From: Oscillospiraceae bacterium
Lineage (GTDB): Bacteria; Bacillota; Clostridia; Oscillospirales; Oscillospiraceae
NCBI GenBank assembly: GCA_034927685.1
Contig: JAYFPO010000021.1
Span: 17,299-41,298, forward strand
DNA: 24,000 bases
Direction: 5' to 3'
Shown here: one piece after another, positions 16,683 to 24,000 of the stretch
Layout of the letters: every line of letters begins with the position of its first letter
How positions within the stretch are numbered: position 1 is the first letter of the stretch
Notes under the pieces: model-generated
Databases searched by the model: none
Told to the model about the DNA's origin: nothing
Seen by the model: the letters and a program-made list of their open reading frames with translations, nothing else
Program-made: the position numbers and the translations under genes

Positions 16683-17771
16683 ATGTCCTACCATTTTCCC
16701 GTCACCAGAACCACAAGCCCCAAGCCCCGTCCCGAGGATGTGAGCAAGCTGGGCTTTGCCAAATACTTCACGGACCACATGTTCGTCATGGAGTACGACG
16801 AGGGCCAGGGTTGGCACGACGGCCGCGTGGTCCCGCACGCGCCGTTTCTGATCGAGCCGGCCTCCGCCGTGCTGCATTATGCGCAGATGATGTTCGAGGG
16901 TATGAAGGCCTACCGCCGCCCCGACGGCACGATCCAGCTCTTCCGCCCCGACATGAACATCGCCCGGATGAAGCGCACCTGCGAGCGGATGTGCATGCCG
17001 GAGATTCCCGGCGATCTGTTCCTGGCCGCCGTCGAAGCCGTCCTCCACGAGGACCGCGACTGGGTCCCCTCCGAGCCAGGCACCGCCATGTATATCCGGC
17101 CCTTCCTGTTCGGCGACGAGGTCTCCTTCTCCGTCCTGCCGGCGAAGCATTATAAGTTCCTCATCATTCTGAGCCCGACCGGCTCCTACTACGCAGCGAA
17201 CAACGGCGGCCTGGTCACCACCCGGATCTTCGTCGAGGACGAATACATCCGCGCCGCGCCCGGCGGCACCGGCTACGCCAAGGTCGGCGGCAACTACGGC
17301 GGCGGCATGCGCGCCTCCCAGAAAGCCCTGCAATACCAGTGCAAGGACGTGCTGTGGCTGGACGCCATGGAGCACAAGTACGTCGAGGAAATCGGCACCT
17401 CCAACGCCTTCTTCCGCATCGCGGACGAGGTCATCACCGCCCCGCTGGACAGCGGCACGATTCTGCCCGGCATCACGCGCAACTCCGTCATTCAGCTGTT
17501 AAAAAGCTGGGGCGTCCGGATCTCCGAGCGCAGGCTCTCGATTGACGACGTCATGGCCGCCTCGAAAGACGGCAGTCTGCAGGAGGTCTTCGCCTCCGGC
17601 ACCGCCGCGGTCATCTCCCCGATCGGCTTTTTGAGCTACCTCGACGAAGATCATCCGGTCGCCGACACCAAGGTCGGCCCCATCGCCCAGAAGCTCTACG
17701 ACACGCTCTACGGCATCCAAACCGGCACCCTGCCCGACACGATGGGCTGGACCTATCCGCTCGGTTTTTGA
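16683..17771 (+). CDS. ilvE: Branched-chain amino acid aminotransferase (fold-type IV, long form)
   Basis: 362 aa. MFEGMKAYR, IRPFLFG, the PLP-lysine context GGTGYAKVGGNYG, GTSNAFF, ILPGITR and GTAAVISPI are typical of YbgE/YwaA-type BCATs. Confidence 0.9.
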   Translation: MSYHFPVTRTTSPKPRPEDVSKLGFAKYFTDHMFVMEYDEGQGWHDGRVVPHAPFLIEPASAVLHYAQMMFEGMKAYRRPDGTIQLFRPDMNIARMKRTCERMCMPEIPGDLFLAAVEAVLHEDRDWVPSEPGTAMYIRPFLFGDEVSFSVLPAKHYKFLIILSPTGSYYAANNGGLVTTRIFVEDEYIRAAPGGTGYAKVGGNYGGGMRASQKALQYQCKDVLWLDAMEHKYVEEIGTSNAFFRIADEVITAPLDSGTILPGITRNSVIQLLKSWGVRISERRLSIDDVMAASKDGSLQEVFASGTAAVISPIGFLSYLDEDHPVADTKVGPIAQKLYDTLYGIQTGTLPDTMGWTYPLGF

Positions 17772-17881
17772 GTTCTGATTTTCCTCCGGAACAGCGCCCG
17801 CCGCATTCCGGAAAGGATGTCGAATGGCCCCTTCCCGACTGTGCGGACCTTGCGAACCGTGCGCATGCGAAACTAGGAAAA

Positions 17882-17919
17882 CGCCCCCATGAGCTGCCCT
17901 GCGGCAGTTCATGGGGGCG
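17882..17919. terminator. Bidirectional stem-loop terminator between ilvE and the convergent symporter gene
   Basis: CGCCCCCATGAGCTGCC (17882-17898) pairs with GGCAGTTCATGGGGGCG (17903-17919) with one G-U pair. On the minus strand it is followed by TTTTCC. The plus-strand T tract is weak (TCGTATTTC). Confidence 0.65.
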
Positions 17920-17968
17920 TCGTATTTCAGAAAAAGCGCGGCGCTTTCGCACGGAGCAGGAGTTTCCG

Positions 17969-19459
17969 TTACGCCCGCTGTTTTGGCATACGGCCAAACC
18001 ACAGGTTGATGATGCCGTAGGGCGTTTTGGGCGTCAGCCGGCTGACCAGGACGGTCAGGATCAGGGAAACCAGCGTGCCAATGATAATGGAATTCATGCC
18101 CAGCTTCCAGTTTACGATACCGGCCGCATTGACCAAATAGGTAGCCAGGCCACCGATCATGCCCGCGAGCGCACCCCACTCATTCGCACGCATCCAATAG
18201 ATGCCCAGCATCAGCGGGATGTAGAACGCGGAAATCATTCCGCCGACCGCGTAGACAACCACGTCCTGCAAATTATCGGGAGGCGTCAAAGCCAGGACAA
18301 AAATGACCAGCATAATCACAATCGTTACGACATTGGTCATTCTCTTCATGGTCGTCGGAGAAGCGTCCGGCTTGATCATAGTTTGATAAACGTCCTTCAC
18401 AACCGACGCGCTCATGACGATGACCATGGTGCCGACAGTGGACTGCAGCGCGCCAACCACGCCGGCCAGGGTCAGACCCGCCACCCAGGAGGGCAGCGCC
18501 ATCACCGCGAGCGTGGGCAGCGCATAGTCGGAAACCGCCAAATCGGGGAATACGTTGCGGATCACACCGGCCAACAGGGACAGCGAAATGCTCCAAAAGG
18601 CAACCAAAACAATGCCGATCTTGATGGCGGTATTCATGGCGCGGGTATTGTTGTAGGTCATGCAGCCAATGACCGCGTGCGGATAGCCGGGATTGAAAAA
18701 GCCGAACATCATAAACAGGCTCAGCATCATCAGCGGACTATATACGGCGCTGCCGGAAACAAGATCCGGATTCTGTTTCGCAATCGCATGGAACGCGGCT
18801 TCGCCGCCGCAGTATCCAAAGCCCAGAAACAGCAGCAGGAAGCAGGCCAGCGTCATGATACAGCCCTGCAAAACGGTCGCGGCAGCCACGCCATGCAGCC
18901 CGCTGAACGCGGCAACGACCATGACGACGACAGTAAATGCCGCCAGACCTACCCAGTAGGGCAGACCGGTCATGACTTCAAAAAGGCGGCCGCCGCCAAT
19001 AAACTGAGAGGAAGTATAGCAGCCGACAAAAACCAGAAGAATGATGGCCGCAGCAACCGCGAGAAATTTATTGTTGTTGTATCGATTGTACAGCAGCCCC
19101 ACAAAGGACTGCAAATTCCCTCTGCGGGATACAATGGCTATTTTTTTGCCGACGACGCCGAGAACCATCAGATTCATCAGCATCTGGCCTGGAACCACAG
19201 CGCCCCAGGAGAGGCCAACCTTATAAATGGACCCGGGGGAACCGACAAAAGTACCGGCGCTGCAGATGCCTGCCGCAACCATCATCGCCACCAGCAGTGC
19301 GCCCATGGCACGGCCGCCTGTATAAAAGTTCTCCGTGTATTGTTCCTTCGACTTCTTTTCGAGCTTTCTCTTATACACCCAGCCGATTGCAAGCATGCCG
19401 ATGGTATACAGAATAAAAACAGCGATGATCACAAGTTTCGTCGTTGACGATATTTCCAT
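17969..19459 (-). CDS. Sodium:solute symporter family transporter (PanF-like)
   Basis: 496 aa and polytopic. FYTGGRAMGALLVAMMVAAGICSAGTFVGSPGSIYKVGLSW, GKKIAIVSRR and FIGGGRLFE align with E. coli PanF-type SSF proteins. GGAGG RBS. Confidence 0.85.
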   Translation of the reverse strand: MEISSTTKLVIIAVFILYTIGMLAIGWVYKRKLEKKSKEQYTENFYTGGRAMGALLVAMMVAAGICSAGTFVGSPGSIYKVGLSWGAVVPGQMLMNLMVLGVVGKKIAIVSRRGNLQSFVGLLYNRYNNNKFLAVAAAIILLVFVGCYTSSQFIGGGRLFEVMTGLPYWVGLAAFTVVVMVVAAFSGLHGVAAATVLQGCIMTLACFLLLFLGFGYCGGEAAFHAIAKQNPDLVSGSAVYSPLMMLSLFMMFGFFNPGYPHAVIGCMTYNNTRAMNTAIKIGIVLVAFWSISLSLLAGVIRNVFPDLAVSDYALPTLAVMALPSWVAGLTLAGVVGALQSTVGTMVIVMSASVVKDVYQTMIKPDASPTTMKRMTNVVTIVIMLVIFVLALTPPDNLQDVVVYAVGGMISAFYIPLMLGIYWMRANEWGALAGMIGGLATYLVNAAGIVNWKLGMNSIIIGTLVSLILTVLVSRLTPKTPYGIINLWFGRMPKQRA

Positions 19460-19497
19460 GAAGACACCTCCATACTATTCGCAAAATGACTTGGGTC

Positions 19498-19842
19498 CTA
19501 TCCGCGGTCCTTTTTTTTAGTTGCCTCCAGCTCTCCGTCCGCTTCCAGACTCATGTGCCGGAAGCATTTGTCCAGAAGGATGGAGACCGCGACCGCAGTA
19601 AGCACGCAGACCACAACGATGGCAAAGTACCACTGCGGAATTCCCAGAATATAGATATAATTGCTCGGGTCGCCTCCGCCGATCACAAAGACGCAGAAGA
19701 GCATCGCTGCCGCGAAAACCACAAAGATCACGCAGCAGAAAAGAAATTCTCTCCTACAAACTTGAAAGCGCGGGTCAATATCGACGTCTTTTACATCATA
19801 GTCTCTGCTCTGCGGGTCAATTTTTTTCTTTACGTCGCTCAT
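19498..19842 (-). CDS. YhdT-like (DUF997) small membrane protein, the usual partner of PanF-type symporters
   Basis: The track ORF starts at TTG 19848. The ATG at 19842 sits 7 nt after AGGAGGG. It has two hydrophobic helices and lies immediately upstream of the symporter, as with yhdT-panF in enterobacteria. Confidence 0.65.
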   Translation of the reverse strand: MSDVKKKIDPQSRDYDVKDVDIDPRFQVCRREFLFCCVIFVVFAAAMLFCVFVIGGGDPSNYIYILGIPQWYFAIVVVCVLTAVAVSILLDKCFRHMSLEADGELEATKKKDRG

Positions 19843-19854
19843 AATCAATCCCTC

Positions 19855-21129
19855 CTAATCCTTATTTTGCAATATCTCGAGGATGGTTTTCTCCGTGCCC
19901 TCCATGCCGGGGGAGGCAATCCGTCCCATATTGCGCATGGTTTCCTCCGGTGTGCCGCCGCAAATGCCGTGGACGCTGTCCACGCAAACGCCGTTCCGGG
20001 CAAGCGCCTCCGCGCGGAAGGCGGCGTCTACGGCAAGAATGCTCTTCATGACGCAGCCCTGATTGCCGCCGTCGCAGATCATGCCTGTGATGCCGGCGGC
20101 GAGATTGTTGATTACCCGAGTCATCGTCTCCACACCGCCGCCATGTAACAGGGAAAGACCGCATGCCATACCCGTGCCGCCGGCAATGGCGCAGCCGCAG
20201 AACGCCGAGAGCCTGCCGGAGTACTCCTTGATGTAGGTGCAAATCAAACAGCTCAGCGCAGCGGCCCGCGTCAGCAGTTCCTCGGAGCACTGCTCCGCGC
20301 TTGCCGCCGCGTAAAGGGGCAGCGTGGCAATGATGCCGTGGGCGCCGGACCCGGTGATGCTCATGGCCGGCTTGCTCAGCCCCAGCACGCGCGCCTCAAC
20401 GGCGCCGCCGCACAGCAGGGAAGCGGTCTTCCGCGCGTCGCCGGAGAGAACCGTTCCGCCATTTTCCGCCAGCAGATACGGCAGGAAGGTAAGCCTCACG
20501 TCGCGCCGCCCTTCCTCAAACAGCTCCAGATTGACGCGAAAGGCTTCCCGAATAAAGGAAAGTTCGGATGCGTCGACGCTTTGCGCGTACGCAAGCAGGT
20601 CCGCAAGCGTGTTACTGCGGATATCGGCGGAGACTTCGCTCGTCTCGGCGTCTGTCTGCGCGGCGGATTCCGTCAGGACGGTTCCGTTGACCTCCACGCG
20701 CGTGATGTTGGTGTGGCTGTCCTGAATGATAACCCGGGCGATATCCCGCGCCGTGCAAACCTCCGCGCAAATGTAAATCCGGCTGGTGACCTCGCTGACG
20801 CTGACGCGGACCTTCCCGGCCGCGATCAGCAGCTCCGCCGCGGAATTGTCCTCCGGGCGAATGTCCGAAAGCGCCTCCAGCTTTTTTTCCGCCCGACCGG
20901 CCACTGCGCCCAATGCGGCCGCATATTTGGTGCCCACTTGACTGCAGTTGGGAATGCCGCAGGTAAACGCGTTTTTGTACATACCGCTGTTCATAGCGAC
21001 GTCGACGGAGCAGATTTCGCCGCGGGTATGGCTTCTGGCCACGGCGGCGGCATAGGCGATGGCGCCCGGCTCGGTTACGCCGAGCGCGGGCCGCATATCT
21101 GCGCGAAGCAGCGCGGTGAGATGATGCAT
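19855..21129 (-). CDS. UPF0597 / serine-dehydratase-alpha-like protein (YhaM/CyuA-type L-cysteine desulfidase family)
   Basis: 424 aa. PALGVTEPGAIAYAAA, TGSGAHGIIATLP and GMICDGGNQGCVMK match conserved blocks of E. coli YhaM (ALGCTEPISLALAAA, SGSGNQGITATMP, GMICDGASNSCAMK). GGAGGAAGGA RBS. Confidence 0.8.
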   Translation of the reverse strand: MHHLTALLRADMRPALGVTEPGAIAYAAAVARSHTRGEICSVDVAMNSGMYKNAFTCGIPNCSQVGTKYAAALGAVAGRAEKKLEALSDIRPEDNSAAELLIAAGKVRVSVSEVTSRIYICAEVCTARDIARVIIQDSHTNITRVEVNGTVLTESAAQTDAETSEVSADIRSNTLADLLAYAQSVDASELSFIREAFRVNLELFEEGRRDVRLTFLPYLLAENGGTVLSGDARKTASLLCGGAVEARVLGLSKPAMSITGSGAHGIIATLPLYAAASAEQCSEELLTRAAALSCLICTYIKEYSGRLSAFCGCAIAGGTGMACGLSLLHGGGVETMTRVINNLAAGITGMICDGGNQGCVMKSILAVDAAFRAEALARNGVCVDSVHGICGGTPEETMRNMGRIASPGMEGTEKTILEILQNKD

Positions 21130-21132
21130 GGT

Positions 21133-22731
21133 TTACTTCCTTCCTCCATTTGGCTTACGCAGGACACGACCGGCGCAGACGGGCTGAAAAACGCCGTCAT
21201 CCAAAGCAATTTGGCCGTTGATGAGCACATAGTCGATGCCGTCGGAACCCGCATTGTAGTTCCTATAGTCCGCGTTGTCGTGAATCCGGCCCATGTCCAG
21301 CACCAACAGATCGGCCTTGTTCCCCTCGTCCAGCCAGCCGCGATCCGTCAGGCCCAGCTTGGCGGCCGGCATCCCGCTCATTTTGTAAATTGCCTGCTGC
21401 AGGGAGAGCAGATTATCCTGCTTGACATACTTCTCAAGAATGCGGGTGAAGCCCGCGGTATAGCGGGGATGATAGGGGCCGAGGCCGGGGAAGCCATCCG
21501 TGCAGATCATGGAATTCGGGTCCTGAATGACGCGGGAAACGTCCTCCTCGCTCATGGTGAACACAATCATCATGACGTTGTTTTTGCAGTTTCGGATGAT
21601 ATCAAGCGCCATTTCATAGGGATCTGTGTGGTTTTCCTCGGCAATTTGCTGAACGGTTTTGCCCTCATATTCCTTCACCGTGCATTCATTAATCAGAATT
21701 CTGCTCCAGGAACCGGCATACTGGAAGAAATTTTCATAGGGCGGAACTTCACATTTCACGTCTGCAAGGATGCGGGCGCGTGTTTCCGGGTCGGAAACGC
21801 GCGCAACCAGCTTGTCTACGCCGCCCTCCAGCGCCCAGGGCGGCAGAACCGCGCTGAACTGCGTGCTCGCGGCAAGATAGGGATATACGTCGCAGTTGAC
21901 ATGGAGTCCTCTGGCATTTGCCTCTTGAATCAGACGCAGCGTTGTTTTTGTTTTCCCATAGTTCCTGACGCCCTGGGCCTTGTGATGGGAGATTTCGACG
22001 CTGGTACCTGTTTCCTCCGCCACCTGGATGATCTCCTGCACCGCCTCTACCAGCTGGGAGCTTTCGCTTCTCATGTGGGAGGCATAGATGCCGTTTCCGG
22101 CCTTTACGACCTTCGCCAGATGCATCATCTCGTCCTGATTCGCAAAGACGCCGGGGGGATAGATCAAGCCGGAGGAAAGGCCATATGCGCCCTCCTCCAT
22201 GCTGGCCTCCAGGAGCTCGTCCATCTGCTCCATCTCCCCTGCCGTCAAAGGTCTTGCCTCGAACCCCGATACCGCAATCCGCAGCGTACCGTGTCCGACC
22301 AGGCCGACGGTGTTCAGCATGGGCTTATGCGCCTCCAGCTCGTCCAGATATTCCCCGTAGGATTTCCAGTTGTAGGGAAGGGGAACATTGGAGTAGAACG
22401 GCGCGCAATACTTACGCAATAGTTCCAGGTTTTTTGGTGAAACCGGCGCCGCAGAGATGCCGCAGTTCCCGATTACCTCCGTCGTAAAGCCCTGGCGAAG
22501 ACGAAGCGGGTTTTTGGCTTCATGAAACACAATTGCATCCGAATGACAATGAATGTCGATAAAGCCGGGCGTGACGATTTTTCCCTTCGCGTCAATGATT
22601 CGCTTTGCCGGCTCCTCCAGCTTGTCTGCTATTTTGACAATCTCGTCGCCCGTAACGGCGATATCCGCGTAGTAAGGCGCGTTGTTTTGTCCGTCAATTA
22701 CCTTTCCGTTTTTTATCAGAATATCATACAT
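21133..22731 (-). CDS. N-acyl-D-amino-acid deacylase family amidohydrolase (D-aminoacylase-like)
   Basis: The track ORF begins at TTG 22746. The ATG at 22731 (MYDILIKNGKVIDG) follows GGAGG by 8 nt. The N-terminal pattern with GFIDIHCHSD (metal HxH) and its length (~532 aa) fit the D-aminoacylase family. Confidence 0.8.
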   Translation of the reverse strand: MYDILIKNGKVIDGQNNAPYYADIAVTGDEIVKIADKLEEPAKRIIDAKGKIVTPGFIDIHCHSDAIVFHEAKNPLRLRQGFTTEVIGNCGISAAPVSPKNLELLRKYCAPFYSNVPLPYNWKSYGEYLDELEAHKPMLNTVGLVGHGTLRIAVSGFEARPLTAGEMEQMDELLEASMEEGAYGLSSGLIYPPGVFANQDEMMHLAKVVKAGNGIYASHMRSESSQLVEAVQEIIQVAEETGTSVEISHHKAQGVRNYGKTKTTLRLIQEANARGLHVNCDVYPYLAASTQFSAVLPPWALEGGVDKLVARVSDPETRARILADVKCEVPPYENFFQYAGSWSRILINECTVKEYEGKTVQQIAEENHTDPYEMALDIIRNCKNNVMMIVFTMSEEDVSRVIQDPNSMICTDGFPGLGPYHPRYTAGFTRILEKYVKQDNLLSLQQAIYKMSGMPAAKLGLTDRGWLDEGNKADLLVLDMGRIHDNADYRNYNAGSDGIDYVLINGQIALDDGVFQPVCAGRVLRKPNGGRK

Positions 22732-22969
22732 TACGATCGCCTCCAATTCTACAGTCCGGTCCGGCGAATCAGGCGTTTTCCCATCACAGGCGTCATGCCG
22801 GACATCGTTGCTTTGCAGCTTGGGACAAGGTCTTATGCGGCGTTAAGGACTCCGCGCGCTGGAATCCTGGCCGATTTACCTCGCTCCGCAGGAAAGAATC
22901 CGGGTCCCTTCTGGTTTCACCATAGCACAAGTCCTCCCAAATATGGTAGTTCTTATTTTGATAGAGGTT

Positions 22970-22987
22970 ATACCGAAATCGCGGTAT
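22970..22987. promoter_or_regulatory. Inverted repeat ATACCG-N6-CGGTAT, candidate LysR-type operator
   Basis: A perfect 6-bp-arm palindrome in the AT-richer divergent intergenic region between the deacylase operon and the LysR gene. It fits the loose T-N11-A logic. No other support. Confidence 0.3.
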
Positions 22988-23161
22988 TTTCATTTTTCTA
23001 TAGGGGTTATGTCGAAGAAGCATGGGCCCGCCGCTGATTTGCGTTGCGTTCGGTTGTTTCTTCAATATAGAATGGTGTCAATCCAATCAGCGTTTTGCGG
23101 TTGATTCACGCGGCAAACGCGCGCCCCTGAGGATGCGCCTTGAATTTCGGGCGTCTGACGA

Positions 23162-23190
23162 TTGAAATGTCTGTGTTTTTGTATCATAAT
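23162..23190 (+). promoter_or_regulatory. Candidate promoter of the LysR gene
   Basis: TTGAAA (23162-23167), a 17-nt spacer, then CATAAT (23185-23190), about 30 nt upstream of the ATG. AGGAGGG RBS at 23206-23212. Confidence 0.45.
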
Positions 23191-23219
23191 GTAATTGACT
23201 TGACGCAGGAGGGCTCAAA

Positions 23220-24000
23220 TATGAACATCAACTTTATTCGTTATGCGCTTGAAATTGACCGATGCGGTTCCATCAATCGGGCGGCAAAGCAGCTGTTTAT
23301 CTCGCAGTCTTCTCTGAGCCGTGGAATCAAGGAGCTGGAGGCCGAAATTGGGATCCGTATTTTTACCCGATCCAGCGCCGGTATCATAACGACCCATCAG
23401 GGCCGGGAATTTCTCAACCACGCGCAGAAGCTGGAAATGCAGTGTAAGCATTTGGAGGAGATGTACTTCAGCGGATATCAGCCGGATGTACTCCATTTGA
23501 GCGTGTCCTCCGTACGCTATTCCGTGGCCTGCCGCGCTTTGATTCAGGTGTATCTCCGTCACAGCGACTGCGGGTTCCAGAACATTTGCTTTGAAGAGGG
23601 ATCCGTCGAGGAGGTCATTGACCATATCTACGATGGCCTGTTCAGTATCGGAATTGTGATCTCTCCCGTCGGCAAACGGGATTACTGGATGGCCGTGGCC
23701 TCCAACCGGGACCTGTCCTTTACGGTATTGGACACGCAGAACGCCTATATTTTTATTGGAGATCATCATCCGCTGGCCAGCCAGTCGGTGATCCGGGTAG
23801 AACAGTTGATGGACTATCCCCATGCCACCATGGCTCAGAGCGATGTGTCGCCCATCTATTATTGCTCCGGCGTCAACAACTATGACTTCCGCACCGTCGC
23901 CCGCCGTATCCTTGTAAGCGACCGTGCCGCGCTCTACGACATTCTGCGAGACACAAATGCCTATTATGTCGGCTTAAATCTCGGCGATACGTCACGCTGC
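23220..24000 (+). CDS. LysR-family transcriptional regulator (5' partial; continues past the window end)
   Basis: Not in the ORF track because it has no stop inside the window. I translated it by hand from ATG 23220: MNINFIRYALEIDRCGSINRAAKQLFISQSSLSRGIKELEAEIGIRIFTRSSAGIITTHQG... This is the LysR HTH signature, followed by a substrate-binding-domain-like region. The frame stays open for 260 codons. Confidence 0.85.

Noticed and set aside
17768-22422. Plus-strand ORFs 17768-19447 (559 aa), 19486-20148 and 20338-22422 (694 aa)
   Set aside because: They are antisense to the symporter, UPF0597 and deacylase genes. Their composition is rich in His, Gln, Arg and Gly and they have no recognisable domains.
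22793-23065. 90-aa minus-strand ORF (and 22522-23037 on the plus strand) in the divergent intergenic region
   Set aside because: There is no RBS, the composition is odd, and the region is better explained as promoter, operator or leader sequence. A small protein cannot be excluded without conservation data.
23215-23823. 202-aa minus-strand ORF
   Set aside because: It is antisense to the clear LysR-family reading frame that starts at 23220.

Overview
High GC content, GGAGG-type ribosome-binding sites and three T-box leaders suggest a Clostridia-type Firmicute (inference). No rRNA or tRNA genes, CRISPR arrays or mobile elements were seen. The window has four parts. (i) 451-2896, minus strand: a surface-glycan module (GT2-GtrA fusion, phosphodiester-glycosidase-like protein, small membrane protein) closed by a terminator. 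(ii) 3058-7331, minus strand: a promoter and T-box leader (specifier read as CUG, Leu). It precedes a LeuA-like protein that has lost the canonical catalytic metal ligands but keeps the C-terminal regulatory domain, then a translationally coupled TIM-barrel::acyl-CoA-ligase fusion. (iii) 7379-17919, plus strand: a promoter and T-box (AUC, Ile) precede an HTH-cupin::acyl-CoA synthetase. A second promoter and T-box (GUA, Val) precede a paralogous HTH-cupin::acyl-CoA synthetase, a P-loop NTPase, a four-subunit 2-oxoacid:ferredoxin oxidoreductase, a nitrilase-superfamily C-N hydrolase and a branched-chain aminotransferase, ending at a bidirectional terminator. (iv) 17969-22731, minus strand: an N-acyl-D-amino-acid-deacylase-like amidohydrolase, a UPF0597/cysteine-desulfidase-like protein, a YhdT-like peptide and a PanF-like symporter. 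This operon is divergent from a LysR regulator that runs off the window end. Main hypothesis: parts ii and iii form a tRNA-charging-sensed system. Three ligases, each behind an Ile, Val or Leu T-box and each paired with a putative sensor module, would activate branched short-chain fatty acids for reductive carboxylation and transamination into branched-chain amino acids. Specifier codons were read by hand folding and need covariance-model confirmation.
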